Below, piece by piece: positions 37,312-49,452 of a stretch of DNA of 64,000 nucleotides. The DNA is taken from NCBI GenBank assembly GCA_051294905.1, contig CM119373.1:35340001-35404000 (forward strand), given 5' to 3'. The first letter of the stretch is position 1. Each line of letters opens with the position of its first letter. Source of the stretch: Botryllus schlosseri. Its lineage: Eukaryota. The notes beneath the pieces were generated by a model that was given only the letters and a program-made list of their open reading frames with translations, ran no database searches and was not told where the DNA came from. A program made the position numbers and the translations under genes.

Positions 37312-37674
37312 ATGACAACGCTTCTGGCTGATTAACCGAAATTTATTCCCTGCACAAATGTAATCTTGCGCTATGGATCAAATTTTACAATACACAAAGT
37401 CTCCAATATTGCGTCACCTGAACACCAATTTAATGCAAAGATGGTCATTGTAAATGCTCTTACCTGTATCATAGCATACGCATAACATTGAATTGAGTTA
37501 GCTTGAAAAGGGTATATATCTTCACAAATCAAAATAGCCATAATTATTAGCCTACACTACAGTGGCTTCTTTATTCATGAATCACGGATTAGCATTGTGA
37601 TATCTGGTTTTCTTCAATCCTAATTGTTGACATTGTGATGTCAGTTGTTATTTTTCTTTAGTATAATTTGTTAG

Positions 37675-37784
37675 TGGAAGTTGGGTACGTATCTGAAGGA
37701 CAACTTTGTTCTGGCTAAGTCTGTGGCATTTGCTAAACAAGGATTGTTTGGACCAGCGCCAAAGTGAGAGTGAAGTAGGTAAGC
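37675..37784 (+). other. Putative 5' exon and donor (GT at 37779); intron shortened to 425 nt by deletion
   Basis: gaagtag|GTAAGC; acceptor at 38203. Confidence 0.55.
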
Positions 37785-38247
37785 TATAATAGTTGTGAAC
37801 CCTGATAGGCCTATGCTTCTGTAGTATACAGAGCTGCCGGTACTGTAAAATTTCCACATCTTTCGTACTGCTGTAACGTCACAATGAGTGAAGCTAGATT
37901 ACTCGGCACGACTCGAACCCTGGTACTCGATTCACCCGAGTATTCAATTCTGGCTAGCCTTAGTACGAAATGAAGATGATTGTAAAAAAGTATGAGTCCA
38001 AAACACGCTTAGTTGTATAAATTGGGTTTTTCAATGTCTATGCTCATGTATTTGTACATGTTGATTTGGAGCATAGCTTTGGATTTCATGTTTGGACTGC
38101 ACACCATAGAACTAGCCCTCTCTAAAAATCTGACCTTGTTATCCTAATTCAAATAAGCGGTGCTCAATGTATCATTTCAATTGTATCATCCTTCTATTTT
38201 CAGATGATAGTGTCAAGTTGAAGCTTTTCGTTTGACAGGATTCAATA

Positions 38248-39972
38248 ATGGATATTGTGAGCTGCTTGCCAGATGAAATCTGGTTGAAGATTCTCGAATA
38301 CCTACCACTGCATGACCGTTTTGAATGGGTCAAATTTACGAACAAAAGGTTTTTTCGCCTTGCTGGCGACATATCTGCATTCCAAGATCTCGATTTTCAT
38401 GGATGTAGTTATGTATCTGACGATCAGTTTTTGAAAATAATCAATCGTTCGAAGGACAGTGTGAGATTTTTGACCTTCCGGGACTGCGCTTGGTTCTCGA
38501 ATCAAATCTGCACCACCATGCCCAGATTGAAAAATCTTGTTACACTGGATATATTGGGATGTTTCTTGAGTAGCGAAACATTACACAGTCTACTTGGTGC
38601 CACATGCTCTATAAAAAGATTGGCTCTATCCACTACGGAACTGGTCATGACAGATTTTTGTCGGTTGCAATCGAAATGCGGATTGTCACTTCGAGTCTTG
38701 CATGTGGAACTGCTTCATGATCCCGGAAAACTCTATAGTAGCCGGACCAGAACGGTGTTCAGGAATTTTATTAATACATGCTGTCATTCTAAACCACACC
38801 GCGTTTCAGTTCAAACGCTCAAGCATTTGGATCGGCGAGAGATCAAAAATATTTTCCGGGAGACAAATCTTAAGGTATGGAGAGCATCCACACAAAGAGT
38901 GGAGATACTAATTGCTGTTCCTTCACATCAAGATGGCAGTACTCCTTGCTCGCGGGACGAACATTATGATGACCTATCTTTACCTGAGGCAGTTTTTCTA
39001 AATCGCAGTATTTCGAAAGTCACACATCTGTACTTAGGCGACCGCCGCACTCTTTTAAATTGTGAATTAAAGGGTTTATGTATCAAATTACATTCCCATT
39101 ACATTCCAAATTACCTTGTGGAGCTGAATGCGTGTGGAATCGACATGGATACTAACATGTTCCTATTATCGATTATGGACTTGAAACATTTGAAAGGTTT
39201 GTCGTTTCCTCTCCATCTTCCTTTACCATGTAAGCCGGATCAAAATCGGAATGTATTGAATTTTACGACAACTGAGACAAGGGACTCAGATGCAAGTTGC
39301 AGTTATTCGATATTTTTGTCGAAATTGGTGAAATATTTCCCAAATTTGGAAAAGCTGGAAATGAGGTATCGCAGGGATGCCCAAAAATACACTACTGTCA
39401 GTGATTTGGAAGCGATTGGCATGTTGGCCAAACTTCGGTATCTATCTCTACATAGATTTCCTTTGAACGATGAAGATCAGTTTGCAAACATCCTCTCAAA
39501 ATGTACGAATATAGCATCATTGGATCTCGGTTACTTTGTGACTGATGTTGCATGTGAATTTTCTAAGTGTTTTGCTTCGTTACGCAATCTCATTTATCTA
39601 CGACTTGCCCATGATGATTTGGAGTCAGTATCGAAATTCAACAATTTGCACGTGGGCAGAAATCTTCAAAGATTCACTCTGTATTCAAAGTCCACCTTGT
39701 CAGCGGCGTGGATCGAGTCATTTCTTGGACCGATTGTTGCAACCTGTAATCTGTTCTGTATGTGTCATATCGAATGTAAAACTGTGGATGCAGATGTTAG
39801 AAAGCTAATTTCAGAATACCAGAACATTTGTGATTTGAAATACCGAACCACGGTGATATTGTCATGCAGTGATAATCGTATTAGCCAACATCCTGTGTCC
39901 CAAAGTTGGCATGGCCGCTCGTTATCGCATGTTGCCTCATACAGCCCTTTTGACATTGTAAAAAAACCATGA
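38248..39972 (+). CDS. FBXL18: F-box/LRR-repeat protein, FBXL18-like, type D short form (intact, 574 aa)
   Basis: Uninterrupted ORF with in-frame central deletions. Confidence 0.85.
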   Translation: MDIVSCLPDEIWLKILEYLPLHDRFEWVKFTNKRFFRLAGDISAFQDLDFHGCSYVSDDQFLKIINRSKDSVRFLTFRDCAWFSNQICTTMPRLKNLVTLDILGCFLSSETLHSLLGATCSIKRLALSTTELVMTDFCRLQSKCGLSLRVLHVELLHDPGKLYSSRTRTVFRNFINTCCHSKPHRVSVQTLKHLDRREIKNIFRETNLKVWRASTQRVEILIAVPSHQDGSTPCSRDEHYDDLSLPEAVFLNRSISKVTHLYLGDRRTLLNCELKGLCIKLHSHYIPNYLVELNACGIDMDTNMFLLSIMDLKHLKGLSFPLHLPLPCKPDQNRNVLNFTTTETRDSDASCSYSIFLSKLVKYFPNLEKLEMRYRRDAQKYTTVSDLEAIGMLAKLRYLSLHRFPLNDEDQFANILSKCTNIASLDLGYFVTDVACEFSKCFASLRNLIYLRLAHDDLESVSKFNNLHVGRNLQRFTLYSKSTLSAAWIESFLGPIVATCNLFCMCHIECKTVDADVRKLISEYQNICDLKYRTTVILSCSDNRISQHPVSQSWHGRSLSHVASYSPFDIVKKP

Positions 39973-40096
39973 GTTTAATGGCAGGCCGTAGCCAGCTGAC
40001 AAATATGAGAAGTGGAAATGAATGGATGGGGAATGGCGATTTTTTTGAGTTTGCTGATATAGCATTAATTCGTTTTCCCCTTTCTGTAGACACTAA

Positions 40097-40361
40097 ACAT
40101 ATCTGCAGTCCAAGATCTTGATTTTTTGCGGATGTAGTTATGTATCATACGACATGTTTTTGAATCCAATCCATTGTCAAAATGTGGATGCCGGTGTTAA
40201 AAGGGTCATTGCGAAGTATCTGAATATTTGTGAATCGAAATGTTGTATTGTCATGCTGTGATGATTGTTACAGCCAACATCCGGTGTATCAAAGTTGGCA
40301 GGGTAGGGTGTTTTCATCTGTCGCCACATACAACCCTTTTGACTTTCTAAAGATGCCTTGA
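40097..40361 (+). pseudogene. Collapsed relic: short N-terminal piece joined to the C-terminus
   Basis: acatatctgcagtccaagatc... fused to ...tgtcaaaatgtggatg...gatgccttga. Confidence 0.75.
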
Positions 40362-41629
40362 GTGCAGATCAACGTGTACACCATCATATTTCTGTTCGAA
40401 TTTTGTTCTACATCATTGAACCGTCATTTTCTTTGAACTACTTTTCGTTGCATTTCGTTATTTCTTTCGTTTTATCGATAGTGATCAGAACTATTCTCAT
40501 ATGAGCTAGTTACGCGACATTTCAATGGTATGACATTGTTTAAAATTTATGGAGGTTCCAAATAGGATGAGTAGTCGCATCCAAACTTTCACACCCGTCC
40601 AAAATCCACCATATACGTTCCACTTCGTAAATTTTTATCACGATGGCGTTGTCTCTTCCATGTCAGTAATATGTTCCTTACCGCATTGGCAATAAATAAA
40701 TTTGTGTTGATGTTGACACTGTGCGATGGTATCGATATCTATATTCCGTAACATACATGAACATGGTTAGCTTGATTTCTACTGTTATTTGCGTCTGTGG
40801 TTTCTGAGTCTTTCTGCACTTTTAACATCTTGCCAGTGTCACATGTATTTGGTATGATTTATCATTATTCCACTTGACAGTACCCTGCGGTATCATCAGA
40901 ACTCCTATAGCAAATCGATGTCCTCAATCTCAAAATATTTGTAAACACTGTCTTCAAATCGTGATTCTTCTGAGTATTCAAGTCGCAAAAAAGCAGGTTT
41001 TATGGATTGCTGGGATCGATTATTGACAGTATTAACTCTCATTCAATGCTCTCTGGAAAAATTTCCAGCTTAATTGCTGTGTAAGTGACTATGCTAATTT
41101 CGCACCATATTGCCATATGCCAAATGTGAAGCACAGCATTTTCTTGACATAGTTGCCTGCAAATTACTGCCATCATTTTCTATCCTATCTGAACAGCTGT
41201 GTTTCTCAATTCAATATCTAGTACCAGAAGTATCGGTTTTAAATTTGGGCATAAATAGACCCTGGTATCATTCGTTTGCTAATTAGGCCAAGGCATCTCA
41301 TTACTGTATCAGCTTGTTGAAGTACCAGCAGCGGAAATCATTGGTATATACCACGGTCGTGAGCCGTTGCTACTTCAGAAAAATATCCAATGTCCACAGT
41401 TTCAATTAAGGAAATGTATCTCTGAACTCATGAGGTATTTTGTCATTGAGCATGGTGCAATTTTTGGAAATCCCATTGGACAACGCATATGACTGTAGCC
41501 ATAATTATTACACTATGAGTGAGTTTTTATTCACGACTCCTGGATTAGCATTGTGATATCAAGTTTTAATTGGTGTTTATCGTTGACATTGTGATATCGG
41601 CTATTGTTTTCCTTTATTAGATGTTGTTA

Positions 41630-41735
41630 AGTTGGATTCATCTGCGAAGGACAACATTCTTCAGGATAAGTTTGTAGGATTTACTAATCACGGAGCGTTT
41701 GGACCAATGCCGAAGTGAGAGTGAAGCAGGTAAAT
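41630..41735 (+). other. Putative 5' exon and donor (GT at 41730); acceptor at 42794
   Basis: gaagcag|GTAAAT. Confidence 0.55.
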
Positions 41736-42833
41736 TATAATAATTGTGAATACTGATAAGCCATTGGTTCTGGAGTCTGCATTGCTGCCCATTAGCACTG
41801 CCTTATTCATAGTATTCTAAAGTTAGCTTTGTAAAGCTGGGCTACTTGTCAGTGATGCCCGTGTTTGATCTCCCTATTGAATGCTTCCACTCCCTATGCT
41901 GTGTCACAGGCCGCAGGTCAGTTATTGAATATGTAGCAGATCTTTGGTAATCCTAATTGACTATTTTGTCATGGTATCCCCTCAGAGCATGTGTCCTACT
42001 AGGTATAACTGTAAGGTTGTGTTGCTCCTATGGTTGGCTACTTATATGTTTTGATATTATTGCCACCTCCACTCAAACATGCCAGCCAGACTTAAAATCT
42101 AGGTAACGGTACCAAGTTTCAAATCTAGGTAACGGTACCAAGTTTCAACTCGGACAAAGTCACAATATGAGGTAGGGTCGCGCACAAGGATTCCAGTACT
42201 CTAATCTGAATTCAATAACGATGCTCATGATCCGAGTCTAGTAGTAAGAGATGAATTTTTCTGGTACTAAAATTATAAGCCCCTATCACCGCTAACTTTT
42301 AATTTATCAGCAAAACTTATAGTCACCACTGCCATAGTAATTTCCAATGTGGAAGGCTTGAATCTCGTTATTACAGCATACTAAACATCCAGCATGTATT
42401 ACAAAGATACAAATTACTGTGATGTGGTGTACAACTGGCATTGTATTCTTTTCACATCTTTCCTACTTTTTAGACGTTATAATCAGTAAACTCTAATACC
42501 CGCTTTAGGATCAAGTCACTGCAGTACTCGCTTTTGCATAGCCGCAGCACAAAGTCACGATCACTGGGAAAAAGTATTAAACCAAAACACGCTTAATCGT
42601 ATAAGTCGGATTTTTAGCTCACAATGGTGACTTGACTACTTGATGATTTGCAATATAGCTTAGGATTGGTGCACGGACTTCCTACAGTTGTGCTGACTTT
42701 CTCTAAAAATTAGCTCTTCGTTCCGTATTCAAGTGCTCGATTTATCATTGCAATTTATGCAGAGTATCGTATCGTGTCACGATTCTATTTTCAGACGATT
42801 GTATAAGTTGAAAATTTTTTCTGTACAGACTCC

Positions 42834-44685
42834 ATGATGGATGTTGTGAGCAGCTTGCCAGATGAAATGTGGGTCAGCATTCTGGAATACCTACCCGTAC
42901 ATGACCGTCTAGAATGGGTGAAATTTACAAACAAAAGATTTCTTCAGCTTGCTGGCGATATTCGTACGGTCCGAACTCTAGATTTTGAAGGATGTAGTTA
43001 TGTATCAAGCGATCAGTTCTTGACGATAATCAATCGCTCAAAAGACATAGTGAGATTTTTATCTTTCCGGGATTGTGCTTGGTTCCCGAATCAAATCTGC
43101 ACCACAATTCCAAGATTGAAAAATCTTGTGACGTTGGATATATTAGGGTGTTTTTTGAGTAGCGAAACGTTACGCAGTCTACTCCGCGCCACACGCTCCA
43201 TAAAAAGATTGGCTCTATCCACTACAGAACTGGTCATGAAAGATTTTTGTCGCTTGCAGTCAAAGCGTGGATTATCGCTTCGAGTCTTACATGTGGAATT
43301 ACTTCACGATACCGAAACAATCTGTAGTCAGGAAACCAGAACGGTGTTAAAGGATTTTATCAAGACATGCTGTCATTCAAAACCACACTGCATTTCCGTT
43401 AAAACGCCCAAGCATTTGCCTCAGTACGATTTTCAAGGTATTCTAATAGATGCAAACTGTATGGCGCATCGGGACTTTGTCCACAGTGTGATGAGGGAAG
43501 ATTATGCTGGAACATACCAAAATCAGATGCTGATTGCCTTTGCTTTACATCGTCACGGCAGTGAACTGTCGTCAGGTTGCTTAGATGAAGCCCGGGTGCT
43601 GTGTCTTCCTATGCTGTTAAGACATAAGAGCGTATGCGCATTTTGTTATTGTGAAGGGCAATGCCTGCCAATAACATTACATGAGCTGGAGTATCTTATT
43701 TGCTCGCGTGATGAGTATTTAGATTGTGGAAATTACTGCGATCCAAATTCTGTCAAGGCAGTTTTGCAAAGAAGCCGCATTCCGAAGCTCACTCATCTAG
43801 ACTTTGGAAGACGGTTCGATTCTTGTTTTGGATCCCTCGGTTGCATATTCAGTAAATTACCCTCTTTCACAAACCTTGTCGAACTGAATGTTAGTGGGTT
43901 GGACTCGGATGCTAACATGCTTCTGGTTGCGATTATGGGCATGAAACATTTGAACGGTTTGTCATTCTCACTTCACCTCCCTTCACAATGTGACCCAGAT
44001 GCAAAGCAGACTGTAATAAATATAACGAAAACTGAGACAAAGGATGCAAATTGCGGATACTCGATACTTCTATCAAAATTGGTGACGAATTTCCCAGGTT
44101 TGAAAAAGTTGGAACTGACCTGTAGCGTGGATGCTAGAAAATGTGTTACTGTCAGTGATCTGAATCCAATTGGAATGCTGACCAAACTTCGTTATCTTTC
44201 TCTACATAGATTTCCATTGGATAATGTAGATCAGCTTGCACAGATCCTATCCACCAACATAAAGCTAGCATCATTGGATCTCGGTCACTTTGAGACTGGT
44301 GTTGTCGTTGATTTTTCAGATTGTTTTGCATCGCTTGATAATCTCGTCTATCTACGACTTGCCCATGAGTAGAAATCTTCAAAGATTCACCTTGTATTCA
44401 AAGTCCTCTTTGTCAGCAGCGTGGATCGAGTCGTTTCTGGGACCGGTTGTTGCAACGTGCGATCTGTTTTGTATGTGCCATATCGCCTGTAGAAATGTGG
44501 ATGCAGAAATTGAAAAGGTCATTGAAAGATACCGCAATATTTGTGAATCGAAATACAGTAACAGGGTGATATTGTCATGCAGTGATGATCGTATCAGCCA
44601 CCATCCAGTGTGTCAAAGTTGGGAGGGACGGTCATTTTCGTCCGTCGCCACATACAGCCCTTTTGACTTTCTAAAGAAACCTTGA
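42834..44685 (+). pseudogene. F-box/LRR paralog type K, frameshifted by a 41-bp deletion
   Basis: Open for 512 codons; deletion between two CATGA motifs (junction 44364-44368); C-terminal frame intact to 44685. Confidence 0.88.
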
Positions 44686-47120
44686 GTGGAATCATACCGA
44701 TATCATTGTTCTGTTTTGAATTGCGTTCTGCTTGAGATGTGATCGAAATGTTATTTCCTTTACTGTGAATGTAAATCTGATTTCATGATAACTCTTGCGT
44801 TTTTCCATATATATCAGAACGATATTGACGCTGGCGTACTATCCATGATGCCAATTGTATGACATGATTCATAATTCGAGATGGATCAAATGTGAAGAGT
44901 AGGTAGTTGAATCGAAATTTTCATAACCCTCCACAACTGATGACGAATATGATTTGCAGTAGTTCACTTAAGGCTAGATTTTTATTCTTCTCCTGATGGC
45001 CCTATAAGTTCCGTGTCAAAATATGATTCACTGTAACGGCAGTTGATAAATTTATGTTAGTCTTATGGTATTAACCACTACCTACAATATCAGCTACCGG
45101 TATTGCAGTTGTGATGCATTCAGGTGGCTGTGTCTGAAACGCTAACAATTGTGTCGCATGCACATTTGACATCTTTTATAGATTCAGTCACATAAATTTC
45201 ATTCTGTGTATGAATGCAAATGGGCGTTTTGTTCTGGGTGGATCACTTTACATATTATGGAGATCCTTTGCCAAATTGAAGTCCAAATGCTGATGGCAAA
45301 GCATTGAACATTTCTTTTGTTGTTTGTATCATTATAAGTTAACAGTCATTCATAATGGATTTTTATTTGCAAATTTTACACTGCGTGATAGTATTGATTT
45401 CCACATTCCACTTCATACATGAACACTGTTATGTTCAATATTTCTCTTATTTTTGGTACCACCTGTTGTTTCTGTTTCTGACTGTTTGCGTATTTGACAT
45501 CTTGCTAGTTATCACATGCAATGGGAATGATATATCATGATTCTAGCTAATGGTACCTTGCAATATCATTAAATAGGGCATGACTTTGATTCAGACTGAA
45601 AAACTCCTCTGACAAGACGATGTCTGCAATCTCAAAATATTTGAAAATGGTGTCTTCAAATCTTGATCGTAATACTGAATATTCAAGTCACAAAATTGCA
45701 GATTCTGTGTATTGCTCGGGAGGCTGAATTACATTGACACAGTATTAACTCTCATTAGCTCATAAGAAACACTTCAAATTTGAATATCCTTTATGAAATT
45801 AAGTTCAAATACTGAGGCAAACGCAAAGAACATGGTCCACGGTATTGGTGTCACCGCAGATATGGTATTAAATAAGTTGACCATCTTGAGTGATGGAATT
45901 TCATTTGCAATGTTGACACCGTGTGATAGTGTTGATTTCTACATTCTACTTCATTCATGAACACTGTAGTGTTGATTATTGCTGTTATTTCCGCCCGCGG
46001 CTTCTGTTTTGACTAGAAATTTGGCAACCTACCAGTTACTGGTATGATTCATCATTATTCTACCTGGCGGTACCTTGCAGTATTATCAAGTATGGCTTGA
46101 TTTTGATGTAGTGTAAAAACTCCTATACAGTAACTAAAAAGTGTCTTCAAACCGTGATCCTTCTCCTTGACATTCAAGACGCAAAATTGCAGTTTTTCTA
46201 TATTGCTCGGACTGCTTATCTACAATTACACAGTATTAACTCTCATTCAAAGCTAGGTGGAAAAATTCATAAATTACTCAGCCTAATTACTGTATAAGTG
46301 ACTTATGCTAATTCAGCACCAGAATGCGTCAGTGTGATTTCATCAGTTCATCATGCCAAATGCAAAGCACTGCATTGTCTTTCCATACTTTCCTTCCCTG
46401 TGACTAATATTTTATTGATGACTCCTGACTTGGCATTGTGATATCAAGTTTTCTTTGGTGTTAATTGTTGACATTGTGAAAACAGCTAATATTTTTCTTT
46501 GTTGACAGAAGCTACTGAGTTAGATGAGTCTACGAAGGAGAACTTTCTTCTGAATTGAATAAGTCTGTGGCATTTGCTAATCAAGGATCGTTTGGACCAG
46601 TGCCGAAGTGTTAGTAAAGCAGGTAAACTACATTTAATAATCGTGACTCCAGATAGGCCATTGTCCTTTGTTCTACAGAGCTGCCTAGTAGTACTGCCTT
46701 TTTCAGAGTATTGTAAAGTTAGCTTTGTAGTGCTGGGCTACTTGTCAGCGATGGCCGTGCTTCACCTCCTTATTGGATATTGTGACTCCCTATGTATATA
46801 TATATGTAGTAGTGTAGTGTCACAGGCCGCCCTGACTGCTGTATATTCAGTTGTTAAATATGTGCCAGATCTTGTGTAATCTGTATGACCTATTTAGTCA
46901 TTACATGTCCCTAAATCTGGTTCCGTAGGTGGTATTTCTCTAAGGTTGTGTCGAACATTTGGCTACTAACTGGCATTGATAATATTTTTATCACTTTGGA
47001 GTATTTCACAGTTAAAATCTAGATTACAGTGCTGGTACTAATTTTCATCTCGAGCAAAGGCACAGTAGATAGGCACAGATAGGGCGGGGCTCAAGGATTC
47101 GAATCGTCGAATTTGAATCT

Positions 47121-47378
47121 GAGTCATTTCTGGGACCGGTTGTTGCAACTTGTGATCTGTTCTGTATGTGCTATATCGAATGTCAAAATGTGAATGCGGC
47201 TGTGAAAAAGATGATTTCAAAGTACCAAAATATTTGTGAATCGAAATATCCTAACAACGTGGTATTGTCATGTAGTGATGATCGTATCAGCCAACATCCA
47301 GTATGCCAAAGTTGGCAGGGAAGGTCGTTTTCATCTGTTGCCACATGCAGCCCTTTTGACTTTGTAAAGAGACCATGA
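47121..47378 (+). pseudogene. C-terminal fragment fused to the intronic MITE
   Basis: gaatttgaatct|gagtcatttctgggaccgg...; ends SPFDFVKRP*. Confidence 0.85.
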
Positions 47379-47826
47379 CTGTGAATGGTACCATAACTTG
47401 ACGTCATGTTTCTGTTTAGAATTTTGTTTCATTCAGCTTTCGTCTGAACTTTGAAATGAATATATAATCGATTTCATATACCGGTACCTCTTTCAACTTA
47501 TCCATGATGCTCAGAGCCTAGGTCATGCGGGCTAACTTCTCACCATGTCAATTGTATGACAATTGTATGTCAATTGTATGACATAACTCGGCATGTATGA
47601 AGGATCCAAAGTATAGTAGGTTGTTCGATAGAAATATCTACACCCCTCCTGATATCACCGAATATGATCCGATGTGATCCACTTTGTGAATTTTAATTGA
47701 ATTCCTGATGGTCGTGTTAACCTTCATGTCATTAATTTATTTCCGTATACTGTATAGCTCATAATTTCATATAATAGTTTTGTAGTTTGAGCTTGTTGCC
47801 AGTTTTTCAACTGTAAAGATTTCACA

Positions 47827-48072
47827 ATGGATATTGTGTGCAGCTTGCCTGATGAACTGTGGATAAAGATTCTTGATTATCTCCCGGTACATGACCGTCT
47901 TGAATGGGTGAAACATACAAACAAAAGATTTTTTGAGCTAGCCGGAGATGTCTCTGCTGCCCGAAATCTTGATATTCAAAAATGCAGTTATGTGTCCAAT
48001 GACATGCTTTTGGAAATACTCAATCGTTCAAAATACAGTTTGAGATATTTATCTTTCCTGGACTGCGCTTGG
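47827..48072 (+). pseudogene. N-terminal fragment (F-box plus about 2 LRRs), sister of 22816
   Basis: MDIVCSLPDELWIKILDYLPVHDRLEW...DCAW, then spacer sequence. Confidence 0.85.
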
Positions 48073-48590
48073 GTGGGTGGAAGTGAGTGGGTGGTGTCGT
48101 TATTTCTGTCGTTTCATCGATAGTGCTCAGAGCTATTCTAATGTGGTCTAGCAGCTACCGGGCATGTCAATTGTATGTGATGGTGTACGATTTGAAAAGG
48201 ATCAAAATAGGATAAGTACGGTAGTTTCATCCAAATTTTCACACCGATCCAAAAATCCACCGAATATGAATCCGCTGTGATCCATTTGTTCCATTTTCAT
48301 CTAATTCATGGTTGCCTTGTCACTTCCATGTCTGTAATATGTTAATTACTGCATTGGCAGTAAATGAATTGGTGATGATGTTTACAGTGTGCGATTGTAT
48401 TGATTTCCACATTCAGTTCCATACATGTAGATGGTTATGTTGATTTTTGCTGTTATTTGCAACTGTGGTTTCTGTGTCTTTCCGCATATTTAACATCTTG
48501 CCAGTTTCATATGTATTTGGTTTGATTTATCGTTATTCCACTTGACAGTTCCTTGCAGTATCGTCAAAACTCCTATAGCAAATCGATATC

Positions 48591-48720
48591 AAACCACATC
48601 TCCTCAAGGCTCTGTGGATATAAAGCTGTATCAGCTGTACCAGCTGTATCAGCTGTATCACTCTGTGGATATAAAGCTGTATCAGCTGTATCACTCTGTG
48701 ATCATTGCATCTCCTCAAAG
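48591..48720. repeat. Locally repeated filler sequence at a deletion junction
   Basis: ctctgtggatataaagctgtatcagctgta twice, cagctgtat 9-mers, and a copy of the flank catctcctcaag. Confidence 0.8.
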
Positions 48721-49452
48721 CTGGGGTCGTAGGTGATATTTCTGTGAGGGTATGTTGAATATTTGGCTGCTAACTGCTATTGTTGTTATACATTGTAATA
48801 TTTCAGTTTCATAACCTAGATTACGGTACCAATTTTTACCTTGAGCAAAGGCGCAAGGCTTGGCACAATGATTTGAATACTCGAATCTAACTCAGGTAAT
48901 AATGCGAATGCAATCTAGTCGGGTAGTATGATTTTATTTCGAGTACATGTACATGTCGAGGGAAAAATGTGTTGATGACACTCTACTATGGTATTGATAT
49001 CCACATCCCGTTGCACACATAAACATTGTTATGTTGATTTATGCTGTTATTTGCAACTGTGGTTTCTGTTTCTTACTGCATTTTTAACTTACTGCGTACT
49101 GCTGTAAGTCACAATGAGGAAGCTAGATTACTCGATTCACGCAAGTATTCGATTCTGGCTAGCCTTAGCACGAAATCAAGATGATTGTAAAAATGTATTA
49201 GTCCAAAACACGCTTAGTTGTATAAATTGGGTTTTTGAATGACTATGCTCATGAATTTGTACATTTTGATTCAGAGCATAGCTTTGGATTTGATGTTTGG
49301 ACTGCACACCATCAAACAAGCCTTCTCTAAAAATCTGACCTCATTTTCCTAATTCAAATGAGCTGTGCTCGATGTATCATTTCAGTTGTATCACCCTTCT
49401 ATTTTCAGATGATAGTGTCGAGTTGAAGCTTTTCGTTTGACAAGATTCAATA

